Shown: positions 1 to 9,429 of the stretch, piece after piece
Layout of the letters: each line of letters begins with the position of its first letter
How positions within the stretch are numbered: the first letter of the stretch is position 1
Assembly (NCBI GenBank): GCA_022844165.1
Contig: JALHMH010000002.1
Span: forward strand, 128,001-192,000
Reading direction: 5' to 3'
DNA from: Lysobacterales bacterium
GTDB taxonomy: Bacteria > Pseudomonadota > Gammaproteobacteria > Xanthomonadales > SZUA-5
Length of the DNA stretch: 64,000 bases
Made by a program: the position numbers and the translations under genes
Notes under the pieces: model-generated
Told to the model about the DNA's origin: nothing
Seen by the model: only the letters and a program-made list of their open reading frames with translations
The model's database searches: none

Positions 1-1839
1 CAAACCCAGTGTGATCGCCTTGTCGCGCACGCGCTCCAGGTCGATTCCGCGGCCGTCGTCTTCCACCGCTATCTCGATGTTTCGATTCGTGCCCGGGCGA
101 ACCGTCAGCACGACCCTGCCGATGGCCGGTTTGCCCTCCGCCGTGCGCACCTGGGGTGGCTCGATGCCATGCACGATGGCATTGCGGACCAGCTGTACGA
201 GTGCGTCTGAGACTTCGTGATAGGCCGTGTCGGGAATCTCGACATCGTGGCTCGCGTTGATGCTGAACTCCACGCGTTTTTGCTCACGATCGGCGACCTT
301 GCGCGCGATCATCTCTGCTTTATTCCACACAGGCGCGAGGCGGCGCGCCGGACGTCCGCTGTCGAGCGAACGTCGCACCTGACCCAGGCGGTCGACCATT
401 TCACGCACGCCCTCCAACTGCTGGTACATGTCGCGCAACGAAACCGTCAGCGGCAATAAGTCGCTGCCGGCCAGGTTTTCGTGGCCACGCAGTTTCGCGA
501 CCTGATCTTCGATTTGGTGTGCCCAGCTCTCGATCGGTTCGAAGTCGAGCGCGGCCGCGTCACCCTTGATCGTGTGCACGATCCGATAGACCTGCGCAAG
601 CTTGCCCATCGTGCCTTGGCGCGATGTCCCAGCCGTGGCAAGAATGCCGTTCATCTCATCGAGGCCGCGGTTCATTTTATCGATGAACTCAACCAGCTCA
701 TCGTTGCCCAGGTGCATCATCTTGGTGAGCAAAGTGATTTGTTGCTCGCCGCGGCGTTTGGCGCGATCCAGTTCCTGGCGCAACTCAACTTCCGAGGTGA
801 CATCGGCCGTCGACACCAGCAGATGCGTCAGCTGACCGTCGGTGAGCACTCGGCGGAACTGGAAAGCGAGATAGCGTGTGGCGATGCGGCCATCCTCGGT
901 GGGAGTCGATACTTCGACTTCTTTGAGCGGATTGACCTCGCCCATGAGCGACTCCTTGACGCGCTCGCCGAACAGCAGCTCAAGAAACGACTTTGCGGTT
1001 GCCTGGGTCTTTTCCGGCACCATGCGCGCCAAAACGTCGAGCAGGTTCCTGCCGGCGACGCTCTTGACGCCCAGAATTTGTTCCAAGGACTTCGACTGCT
1101 GCTGACCGATCGTCAATTCGCGATCTACCAGGAACAGACCATCTTTCACGGTGCTCAAGATGTTGTCCGTCTCGGCTTTTGCGGCCACCAGTTCGGTATC
1201 GGCCCGGCGCAAGTTCCGCAGCGAAAAGAACACGACGTAGGCGAACAGCGAAAGCGCAATGACGATGGCGGTCAACTGAATGACGCGGAGCGTGGCGGCG
1301 CGCTGTTGCGCCTGCCGCTCCAGCGCCGTGGTCAGATCGTTCATCAGCTGGAGAATTTTGACATTGTTGGTGCGCGCATACACACCGAGGCTGTTCAGCG
1401 CCGCATCGTTCTGCGCAGGCGCAGGCGAATCCAAAAAGTCCCCAAGCAGCTTCTGATAACCGCTCCACAGGTTCACCGCGTCCGAGATCGCATCCAATGC
1501 AACCGGCGCCTTGGCAAGAACGACGGGTTTGCCATCACCGCCCGTGACCTCGCCACCGGTGCGAAATCCCGATAAAGTTGTGTCGAATAGTTTGACGGCG
1601 CCGCGAAGTTCTTCAATCGCCGCTATACGTTCGGCCTCCTCTTTGGCCTGTTGCGCCAGGAAGATCGTCTTGGCGATACGCTGCGAGAGCATGCGCTGAC
1701 GGCCCGAGAGGTTCACGCTGACCGCGTCCTGGTCGACGCGCGTTGCGATATAGAAGTTCAAACCGGCGACCACCGCGATGACCAACAGAAACACGGTCAT
1801 CGCAACAAACAAACCTCGATACTTGGACGAACCATTCAT
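1..1839 (-). CDS. Membrane-bound CheA-like (class III) histidine kinase: PilJ/NarX-type sensor, PAS-like region, Hpt, CheA-type HATPase; 3' end lies outside the window
   Basis: Not in the ORF track (no stop in window). Translated by hand from ATG at 1839 (AGGGGA upstream): TM FVAMTVFLLVIAVVAGL, VNLSGRQRMLSQRIAK, second TM, YRIVHTIKGDAAAL (Hpt), LVQLVRNAIVHGIE (N box), VEDDGRGIDLERVRDKA (G1 box). Start and window-edge motifs are in the same frame. Confidence 0.9.
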   Translation of the reverse strand, partial: MNGSSKYRGLFVAMTVFLLVIAVVAGLNFYIATRVDQDAVSVNLSGRQRMLSQRIAKTIFLAQQAKEEAERIAAIEELRGAVKLFDTTLSGFRTGGEVTGGDGKPVVLAKAPVALDAISDAVNLWSGYQKLLGDFLDSPAPAQNDAALNSLGVYARTNNVKILQLMNDLTTALERQAQQRAATLRVIQLTAIVIALSLFAYVVFFSLRNLRRADTELVAAKAETDNILSTVKDGLFLVDRELTIGQQQSKSLEQILGVKSVAGRNLLDVLARMVPEKTQATAKSFLELLFGERVKESLMGEVNPLKEVEVSTPTEDGRIATRYLAFQFRRVLTDGQLTHLLVSTADVTSEVELRQELDRAKRRGEQQITLLTKMMHLGNDELVEFIDKMNRGLDEMNGILATAGTSRQGTMGKLAQVYRIVHTIKGDAAALDFEPIESWAHQIEDQVAKLRGHENLAGSDLLPLTVSLRDMYQQLEGVREMVDRLGQVRRSLDSGRPARRLAPVWNKAEMIARKVADREQKRVEFSINASHDVEIPDTAYHEVSDALVQLVRNAIVHGIEPPQVRTAEGKPAIGRVVLTVRPGTNRNIEIAVEDDGRGIDLERVRDKAITLGL

Positions 1840-2231
1840 GCACATTTCCCCTGATCCACAAGCCATATTGGGCCTGACCGTGACTGCGCTGCGCCAGTAG
1901 CGGTTTGTGTTTTCTTGTGTCGAGTGTTGAAGACCTTGTGAACTCCTCCCAGGCAGCTCGATCGCTCCCTGGTTCACCCCGTCTGGTCTGAAGCGGGCCT
2001 TCGAATGTCCAGGTCGAGTCGTCGAGAATTCGACGAAGTGTTCGGGGCCCCGGTTCTGTCGGTGTCCCCAAAGTCATTGCGAAAGTCATTGGAACCGGTC
2101 CGGCGTCTCCCGCCTCGAAGCTGCGCGCTACGCCATCGCGTTGTGATGACTTCTCATCGCGCATTGCCTTGGGCCAATATCCATCGGAAGTTTCTTCCAA
2201 TGATCTTTGGGCAACCACTCCAGGAATGACC

Positions 2232-2501
2232 ATGGAACGCGATCTGGCTGCTGATGAACTCGCCAACTATGTGTGTCCACATTTGTGGCCCTGGGTCAGC
2301 GCCCTGAAAGTGGCTGGTTTCATGCCGTCGTTGGCGCGTTTCGATCTGAAGTCGCACATCCTGACTTTGGAGTATCCGCAGACCGCGAAATCCATCTGCG
2401 CATCGCTGGCCGCGTCTGCGCCCGAGTTGGGGCTGGAGGGCGATGCCAACGGCGCCGTGTGCCGTCAATGCTGGCAATCGCTGAGTGTGCTGGGGCACTA
2501 A
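2232..2501 (+). CDS. Small hypothetical protein with CxH and CxxC motifs, possibly Zn-binding
   Basis: ATG at 2232 with AGGA upstream; VCPHL near the N-terminus and VCRQC near the C-terminus. Confidence 0.55.
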   Translation: MERDLAADELANYVCPHLWPWVSALKVAGFMPSLARFDLKSHILTLEYPQTAKSICASLAASAPELGLEGDANGAVCRQCWQSLSVLGH

Positions 2502-2734
2502 GACGCATCGGGAACGCGGCACCGTGGGGTGCGATCAAAGAGCAGAGCCGGCCCGCAACGTTGCCGGCTTGCATTTCGATGCGTAGATGCCCCTTTGCAA
2601 GGGTCCAAACATCCACCTCGACGCCGCCAACGCCATCGCCGCGTCGATCTTCTCCTCACGTGAAACATCGGAACCTGTGATTTACGGTCGATTGGCACGG
2701 ATAGACTCGCCGCTCCGCCCGCGGAGAGCCACCG

Positions 2735-5551
2735 ATGCCGTATCGAGTTCGTCTAGCCATCGTACTGTTGTCGCTGGCGGGCGGCGCTGTTGCGTTGCAG
2801 CCTGAGCTGCAAACCAGCCAGTACCAGGTGCAGTGTTATGGCGTTGCCGATGGACTGCCGCAGGGTTCGGTGCAGGCGATTCTGCAATTGCCGGACGGCG
2901 CGCTCTTGCTCGGAACCAACCGTGGAGTGGTGCGCTTCGATGGCGCCAGGGCGGCACCATTGCTCATCGATGGCAGCCCGTCGCTGACCAATGTCCAGGT
3001 CCATCGGATGGGGCGCTTCGAGGACGAGGTTTGGATTGCGGCCTTCGATGGACTGTACCGATGGCGTGAGAACAGCCTGGACCACTACACGCAAAAGGAT
3101 GGTCTGCCGCAAGACCGGGTGACCGCCATTCTGCCGACATCCGACGGCGCTTACGTCGGCACCCATGGTGGCAGCGTGTTTCTTCCGCGCAAATCGGACC
3201 GATTCGGGCCGGCCCAGCCTCTGGGCGATATGCGCGCTTCGGAATTCGACTTCGATCCCGATGGCCTGTTCTGGGCGGCGGCGTTGGATGGCGTCTGGCG
3301 ACGTGGGCTCGATGGCCAATGGACGGCGCTGACCCAGATCGACAACGGCGGCATTTATTGGTCGACCTTGCGCGATGCCAGCGGCACCCGCTGGCTCGGC
3401 GCGCGAACCCGATTGGCGCAGCTCGACGGAGAAACGCTCAAAACCGTACCGGCTGAACAAGGACTGCCCGCGCAACCGGTGCGTGCCATCCTGCAAGATC
3501 GCGATCGGCAGTTGTGGTTCGCCACGGCAGGCGCCGGATTGTACCGGCGCCAGGGCGAACGCTTCGAACGCGTTCCTGGCCTGCGCTCGGACGTGGTGTT
3601 CGCGCTCCAGGAAGACAACGAAGGCAATCTGTGGGCTGGCACCAGCAGCGGTGTCTGTCGTGTCCGCGATGGCGCCATGATGAACTTCGGCCTCGCCGAA
3701 GGGATCGGCACCGATTTTGTGTTGTCGATCCACGCGGCGAGCAATGGCAGCACGTACGTCGGCAGCAACGGCCGCGGTCTTTATGCGATTACGGACGGCG
3801 CGGTGGAGGCGCTGGGCAACCCGGGCGGCGATCCCTTCGTCAACCTCATCACCGGCATCGGCGATCGCCTGCTGGTGACCAGCAATGCCGGCAGCTTCTT
3901 CTACGAAAAACCGTCGTTCACGCCAGTGCATCCGGCGCTCGGAAACCGGCAGATTGCCTGGGCTGCGTTGGACGACGACGGCGTGCTCTGGTTTCGCAGT
4001 GGCGTGAAGCCCCTGGAGCGGCTCGTTGGTGACACGCTCAGTGAACATGCGCTGGGCGACGATGGCGGCCCCTCCCGATGGGGATTTCGCGGACGCGACG
4101 GCGCCGTTTGGTTGACGACCACCAAAGCGCTGTATCGCGCTCGCGGCACGGAGGTGGCGCAGCAAATGGCGCTGCCGCCGAGTCCGGTCGCCGCCTGCCA
4201 GATCCAGGACGCGCGGGGCATCGTTTGGTGCACCAGCAGTGATGGCGTGTTACGCGTGGATCCTAAAGCGCAACGCGTGCAGGTGATTCGCGATCCTTCG
4301 ATGGGACAGTTGGCACTGCTGGCACTGCTCGAGGACGATACAGGCGGTTTGTGGATCGCCAGCACGGCGGGACTTTTTTATGCCAGTTTCAGCGATCTGG
4401 ACGCCGCAGCCAACGGCGCGCCTGCCAATTTGCGCCGCTTCGATGAACGCCACGGCATGCGCTCCAGCGAGTTTGCGCGAGCGTATGCGCCTGGGCTCGC
4501 GAGCGCCGGCGCTGACGGCCAACATTGGTGGGCCACCTTGGGCGGCGTGCTGAAGACCGATCCGCAGCAGCTGATCGAGGTCCGCACGCCACCGTCGCTG
4601 GCCATCGTGCGCCTGCGCGCCGACGGCGGCGTGGTGCCGGAACGTGCGTGGCATCAGCTGCCGCCTGACGTGGTCAATATCGACATCGATTTCAGCGCCC
4701 GCAGCCTGACCGACGCCGCGAGCCTGCAATTGCGCCATCGGCTGCTGCCGCTGTCGGAAGAATGGAGCGAGACCCAGGGCCGCCAGTTTTCGGCCTTGGG
4801 CCTGCCGAGTGGACGTTATCGTTTCGAGCTGCAGGCCACCCTGGATCGCCGCCAGTGGCAAACGGTGGCGGGCGAGTTCACCATCCAACCGCATTGGTAC
4901 CAGCGTTGGTGGGCGCGCGCCGCATTCATTGCCTTCGGCATGCTGCTGGTCATCGCCATTCCGGTGCTGCGGATCGCACATTTGCGGCGCCGAGCGGCCG
5001 AACTGAGCCACCTCGTGGAGGAGCGCACCGCGGCGCTGCATGTCGCCAATCGACGCCTCGATCAAATCGCGCGCACCGATGCGCTGACCGGCATCGCCAA
5101 TCGGCGCCGTTTCGACGAAGCGATGCTGGAGCTGTCGGAACAAGCGCCGCAGCCGGTCGCCCTGCTGCTCGCGGATGTCGATCATTTCAAGCGTTATAAC
5201 GACAGCCGCGGCCACCCCGCTGGCGACGAATGCCTGCGCCTCGTCGCCGGCGCCATGCGTTCGGTGCTGCCCCAGACCGGTGCCCTACTCGCGCGTTACG
5301 GCGGCGAAGAATTTGCGGTTCTGTTGGTGGGCGCATCGGACCCACAACAGCTCGCCGACCAACTGCGCAATGCCGTCCGCGCCCTCGCACTCCCCCACGA
5401 AGCCAACCCGCCCGATGACATCGTCACCATCAGCATTGGCCTGGCCGCCAGCAGCGGCCTCGGCGAAACCAGCGAACACCTGCTCCACCGCGCCGACCAC
5501 GCCCTCTACAGCGCCAAGAGCACCGGGCGCGATCGGGTGTGTTTGGGATAA
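2735..5551 (+). CDS. Diguanylate cyclase with periplasmic beta-propeller (Reg_prop) and Y_Y_Y-type sensor
   Basis: Signal peptide; repeats such as DGLPQGSVQAILQ and EDNEGNLWAGT; LPSGRYRFEL; TM helix; DALTGIANRR, DVDHFKRYND, RYGGEEF. Confidence 0.95.
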   Translation: MPYRVRLAIVLLSLAGGAVALQPELQTSQYQVQCYGVADGLPQGSVQAILQLPDGALLLGTNRGVVRFDGARAAPLLIDGSPSLTNVQVHRMGRFEDEVWIAAFDGLYRWRENSLDHYTQKDGLPQDRVTAILPTSDGAYVGTHGGSVFLPRKSDRFGPAQPLGDMRASEFDFDPDGLFWAAALDGVWRRGLDGQWTALTQIDNGGIYWSTLRDASGTRWLGARTRLAQLDGETLKTVPAEQGLPAQPVRAILQDRDRQLWFATAGAGLYRRQGERFERVPGLRSDVVFALQEDNEGNLWAGTSSGVCRVRDGAMMNFGLAEGIGTDFVLSIHAASNGSTYVGSNGRGLYAITDGAVEALGNPGGDPFVNLITGIGDRLLVTSNAGSFFYEKPSFTPVHPALGNRQIAWAALDDDGVLWFRSGVKPLERLVGDTLSEHALGDDGGPSRWGFRGRDGAVWLTTTKALYRARGTEVAQQMALPPSPVAACQIQDARGIVWCTSSDGVLRVDPKAQRVQVIRDPSMGQLALLALLEDDTGGLWIASTAGLFYASFSDLDAAANGAPANLRRFDERHGMRSSEFARAYAPGLASAGADGQHWWATLGGVLKTDPQQLIEVRTPPSLAIVRLRADGGVVPERAWHQLPPDVVNIDIDFSARSLTDAASLQLRHRLLPLSEEWSETQGRQFSALGLPSGRYRFELQATLDRRQWQTVAGEFTIQPHWYQRWWARAAFIAFGMLLVIAIPVLRIAHLRRRAAELSHLVEERTAALHVANRRLDQIARTDALTGIANRRRFDEAMLELSEQAPQPVALLLADVDHFKRYNDSRGHPAGDECLRLVAGAMRSVLPQTGALLARYGGEEFAVLLVGASDPQQLADQLRNAVRALALPHEANPPDDIVTISIGLAASSGLGETSEHLLHRADHALYSAKSTGRDRVCLG

Positions 5552-5936
5552 GGTGTGGTGGATCTGGCGGTGCGCTTGGCCAGGCGCCGTCGCGCACGAC
5601 CTCTGCCAGAGCTGTCTCAAGCCCTCAACGACCTGCGCAACACGGGCAAACCGATTCTCGACCCGCCGCTGCCTTCCCGGCAGAGTGCGGGAACAGAGTA
5701 GCCGCGATCGGCCTGACAGCGTGGAGCGCATCAACAGCTTGCGACCGGTCGGTTCCATCCTGGGCTACTCCGGCGACACCGAGGAAGCGCCGCAGCTGCT
5801 GAAAGAGGCGCTGTGGCGGGCAACCGCGCTACGTGGGGCAAATAGCGTCGAAGCCGCGTCGGCGCATCTGGATCTGGCGCGTTATCTGGGCGGTGCCGGT
5901 GGACACGCCGAGCCCAAATGCATTGACAGTCCCTAA
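5552..5936 (+). pseudogene. Frameshifted remnant of a TPR-repeat gene
   Basis: LAVRLARR..PELSQALNDL in one frame and GSILGYSGDTEEAPQLLKEALWRATALRGANSVEAASAHLDLARYL in another; no convincing start. Confidence 0.45.
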
Positions 5937-5980
5937 ATCTGTGAAATACGCTGTGAAGCAGCTCGCATTCGGATTGCACC

Positions 5981-7459
5981 ATGCACGCCCCGTACGCCGC
6001 GATATCGCTCAGCCATCTGCATGCCGGGCGCGGTCCTTGTGTGGCTGGTTCTATCCGTCTGTGGGTGGGCGCGTGGCTCGCATTGAGTCTGACCTGCGCT
6101 CCTGCGATGGCGGCGGATGTGGTGGTGGTTTCACTTGAGGACACGGGCGCCGGGACGTTGCGCAACGCCATCGCGGAGGCAGTCGCGGGCGATCGCATCG
6201 TATTCGCGCCAGGGCTCGCGGGCACGATCAGCCTGAACTCGACCCTGACCATCGGCCGCGATCTGATCATCGAGGGCAATGGCAACATCGAGCTGGACGG
6301 CAGGGACACCTCAAGGGTGATCACGATCACCGGCGGGCAGGTGGATTTGCGGCGTCTGGTGGTGCGCAACGGTTTCGCAACCGATGGTGGCGGGATTGCC
6401 AGTGCAGGCACCCTGCGGATGAACAACTGCGTGGTGCGCAACAACAACGCGAGCGCGCGCGGTGGCGGCTTGTTCATCAGTGCGGGCAGCTACAGTCTGG
6501 TCGACACCACCATTGCCGACAATTTCGCGACCAATGAAGGTGGCGGCATCGAAGACCTGGGCACTGCGCCGTCAACCATCACGCGGGGCCGCATCGTCAA
6601 CAACATCAGCTCCGGCGCAGGCGCCGGCATCCGACACGTGTCGAGCCAGGAACTCACGATCGATCACAGCACGATCTCCGGCAACACGGCAGCGACCACG
6701 AGCGTCGTCATTGGCGGCGGCATTGCCAGCCAAGGCGCGACGCTCAACATCAACTACAGCACGGTCTCCGGCAATAAATCGCATTTCGGTGGCGGCATCT
6801 ATGTGGCAAATCTTGGCGCGTCAACGAAACTCAACCTGATCGGCAGCACAATCACTGGCAACACGGCCGTATCGGATGGTGGCGGTCTGTTCGTGTTCGG
6901 TGCAGGGGCGACGCTGATCAATTCGACCATCGCCAACAACCTTGCGGGTGCCGGGACGGGCGGCGGTTTGTCAATTCAGAACTCCGGCCCGGGCACGGCA
7001 ACGGTCATCATCAACAACAATACGATTGCGTTTAATCGCTCGAACGCCAATGGTGGTGGTATCACCGCAATCTCCGGCTCGCTGAGTCTCAAGAACACGC
7101 TGATTGCCGGCAATATCAGTGGCACCAACGCAGACATCCAGGGCGCATTCGTCTCGGAGGGATTCAATCTGGTGCAGACGCGTGGCACCAGCTCGGGCTA
7201 TGTTGCGTCGGATCTGGCCAATGGCACGCTGCCGCAGCTGGCCACACTGGGATTCAACGGCGGTCCAACACTCACCGTATTGCCGAACACCGGCAGTCCG
7301 GCGATCAACGCGATACCCTCGTCCAACTGCGCGGGCATCGCGCTCGATCAGCGCGGCTACAATCGTCCTGCGAATCAATGCGACATCGGCGCGCTGGAAG
7401 TCGGCGCTGCACCACCGGCGCCGCCTGTTAACCAAGTGTTTCGCGATGGTTTCGAGTAG
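5981..7459 (+). CDS. Secreted parallel beta-helix protein (CSLREA-like N-terminus, choice-of-anchor Q-like C-domain) ending in VFRDGFE
   Basis: Signal-like segment ending APAMAA; DTGAGTLRNAIAEA; many GGGI/GGGL and N-x-A repeats; NGGPT, GSPAINA, DQRG, CDIGALE; Pro-rich linker. Start codon uncertain. Confidence 0.9.
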   Translation: MHAPYAAISLSHLHAGRGPCVAGSIRLWVGAWLALSLTCAPAMAADVVVVSLEDTGAGTLRNAIAEAVAGDRIVFAPGLAGTISLNSTLTIGRDLIIEGNGNIELDGRDTSRVITITGGQVDLRRLVVRNGFATDGGGIASAGTLRMNNCVVRNNNASARGGGLFISAGSYSLVDTTIADNFATNEGGGIEDLGTAPSTITRGRIVNNISSGAGAGIRHVSSQELTIDHSTISGNTAATTSVVIGGGIASQGATLNINYSTVSGNKSHFGGGIYVANLGASTKLNLIGSTITGNTAVSDGGGLFVFGAGATLINSTIANNLAGAGTGGGLSIQNSGPGTATVIINNNTIAFNRSNANGGGITAISGSLSLKNTLIAGNISGTNADIQGAFVSEGFNLVQTRGTSSGYVASDLANGTLPQLATLGFNGGPTLTVLPNTGSPAINAIPSSNCAGIALDQRGYNRPANQCDIGALEVGAAPPAPPVNQVFRDGFE

Positions 7460-7485
7460 GCTGCGTCGGTGAAAACCGACGAAGC
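7460..7485. terminator. Hairpin immediately downstream of the beta-helix gene
   Basis: CGTCGGT-GAAA-ACCGACG stem-loop; no U tract. Confidence 0.45.
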
Positions 7486-7499
7486 GTAAAGATGATTGC

Positions 7500-7650
7500 T
7501 GGCCATGCCCGATCACGTGGCCTGATTCTCGTGAGCAACAACCTTGCAAATTCGAACGCGTCCGGGGTCGACGCTATTGACGCCGCCTTCGCTTGTGGCG
7601 CTGTTCGTCACAAATGCGGTGCTCACGATGGTCTGGTTCGACACCGCGCC
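7500..7650 (-). pseudogene. Remnant of beta-helix (Pmp-type) repeats
   Basis: Minus strand reads NQTIVSTAFVTNSATSEGGVNSVDPGRVRICKVVAHENQAT*, resembling SLVDTTIADNFATNEGGGI in the neighbouring gene; in-frame stop. Confidence 0.4.
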
Positions 7651-7652
7651 GC

Positions 7653-7677
7653 GCGCCAGCTGGCGAGCAGCTGGCGC
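7653..7677. terminator. Hairpin downstream of the 7699-9429 gene
   Basis: GCGCCAGCTG-GCGAG-CAGCTGGCGC, a perfect 10-bp stem. Confidence 0.5.
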
Positions 7678-7698
7678 AGCGCGCAAGGTCCGATGCGA

Positions 7699-9429
7699 CT
7701 ACTCGAAGCCATTGGCGAAAAGTTCGGCATTCGCTGCCGCCAACGCCCACGACAGGCCGTCGCTGGTGCGGTGTTCCCAACCCCACATCCGCCAGGGGAA
7801 TACGCGAAATGCGGCACGCCCAGACTGCGGAGACGTAGGCTCAATCCAATAATTGACGCCAAGGTCGTAGGTGCGATAGAGCGTGGCAATGGTGCTCTGC
7901 AACGCAGCATCGCGTTGTCCGAGCATGGCGCCGAAGTAATCGGCCCAGGCCAGCGCTGCAGCCACGTCGAGCGAATGTTCTTGGTCATGGATCGCCGCCG
8001 TGCCTGCAAAATCGGTTCCGTCATGTTCGATGACGTAACGCGGGGCGAGCAAATTACCACCGTAGAAACTGCTCTGCGTGCGTAGCGCGGCACTTAGGAA
8101 CGTGCCGCTGCGGCGAATCATTTGCGCCGTTGCAGTGTCCTCGGCAGTGGCATAGGCGCGGCGCAAAGCATCGGTTAGAAGCGCGGTCATCCAGGTCGAT
8201 GCGCCATACGCGGCCGGGTCCCAATCGCCGTGTTGCGCGCCAGTGTGGTACCAGCCGCCATCGATGCGCGGACTGGGGATGCCTGGCAATCCGTTCTGAT
8301 GCGCAGAAAGACTCTGGATCATGGCGTCAACGTTGCTGCGCCGCGCGACACTGCCCGTCACTTCATAGTCGATGGCATGTGCATTGAGCTTGAAGGCCAC
8401 CGCGCGCTCGGTCCAGAAACTCAAAGCTGCCGTCCATGCGTGCGCCGTGCTGTTGTGCGCGTTGGCCGTGGCAGTGATTGGCGCCAGAAAGGTGTCGTCG
8501 CCGGTGAGCCAAAACGCGTATGCCAACGATTCGTTGAACGAGTACTTGGTATCACCCGCATTGAGCGAGAACCTGCCGCTGGCGTTCAGTTCCTTGCGGT
8601 AGAAATCGGCGTGGCGCAACGCTTCGCGCAGCGGCTTGAGATGACCGCTCTTGAGGTACAACGCAAACATCGTCGCCGCACGGTCATAGAGCCAGGGTTC
8701 GAACGCAGTCTTGTATGGGCATTGATTTGCCACCGTCACATTCGGATCGTCCTCGTTGATCACGGTGTAGAAATTGTTCTTCATGGCACGCTCGGCCTCC
8801 TGCGTGCCGGGCCACGTGGCAATGTTGTCCATCGCCTGCGGATCGTCGCGTGCGGCGCCGTTGCTGGCGTCGAACGGCAAGGTTTGCGTCGTCCGCAGCA
8901 CGCCCTGCGCCAGCCACGCGGCGGGCATCGTGGCGATCACGCGCGGCTCCTGGACGCTATCAGCCGCAAGAAAGCTTCCGCTGCTCACAGCACTCCAGGT
9001 GCTCGCGCGACCGACGCGCGCCGGGCGAGTGAGCGTGCGCGCCACGCCGCCGTACTCGACAACAATGCGTTTGGCTTGATTGACATTCGCGAAGCTGACT
9101 TCGATCTGCACCAGGACGACGCGAACAGATGCGCCATCGATCGCTGCATTGTTGCGGTGACGCCACGGCGTCAGTACCGCCACATAGGCCGGAATCTCGA
9201 CGCCGCCGTCCAGCACGCGCACACTGCTTAATGCACTCGGCGCCAGTGAGCCACGCGCGAGCGGCACGCCGAAGCTGGCAACAACCGGCTGATTCGCTTG
9301 CACAGAAATCGGGTGCAGATCGACTGCGACGCTCGCCACCGGTTGCGCCGGCGCGAAGAACGGTTCGGCCGCAGAGCAGGAACTGACGCACAGCCAGAAC
9401 CACAAACACCGAAACGCGTTCATTGCCAT
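7699..9429 (-). CDS. Secreted hypothetical protein: YetA/PcRGLX-like N-terminus and probable alpha/alpha-barrel; ends in LFANGFE
   Basis: Signal peptide; PVVASFGVPLARGSL; helical, aromatic-rich C-half (EPWLYDR, AFWLTGD, YEVTG). Confidence 0.75.
   Translation of the reverse strand: MAMNAFRCLWFWLCVSSCSAAEPFFAPAQPVASVAVDLHPISVQANQPVVASFGVPLARGSLAPSALSSVRVLDGGVEIPAYVAVLTPWRHRNNAAIDGASVRVVLVQIEVSFANVNQAKRIVVEYGGVARTLTRPARVGRASTWSAVSSGSFLAADSVQEPRVIATMPAAWLAQGVLRTTQTLPFDASNGAARDDPQAMDNIATWPGTQEAERAMKNNFYTVINEDDPNVTVANQCPYKTAFEPWLYDRAATMFALYLKSGHLKPLREALRHADFYRKELNASGRFSLNAGDTKYSFNESLAYAFWLTGDDTFLAPITATANAHNSTAHAWTAALSFWTERAVAFKLNAHAIDYEVTGSVARRSNVDAMIQSLSAHQNGLPGIPSPRIDGGWYHTGAQHGDWDPAAYGASTWMTALLTDALRRAYATAEDTATAQMIRRSGTFLSAALRTQSSFYGGNLLAPRYVIEHDGTDFAGTAAIHDQEHSLDVAAALAWADYFGAMLGQRDAALQSTIATLYRTYDLGVNYWIEPTSPQSGRAAFRVFPWRMWGWEHRTSDGLSWALAAANAELFANGFE

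Noticed and set aside
481-1575. 364-aa plus-strand ORF
   Set aside because: In-register antisense shadow of the minus-strand kinase.
1613-2266. 217-aa minus-strand ORF
   Set aside because: Overlaps the kinase 5' end in another frame and has no recognisable motifs.
2691-2707. Possible sigma-54 promoter TTGGCACG before the cyclase
   Set aside because: No TTGC at the -12 position.
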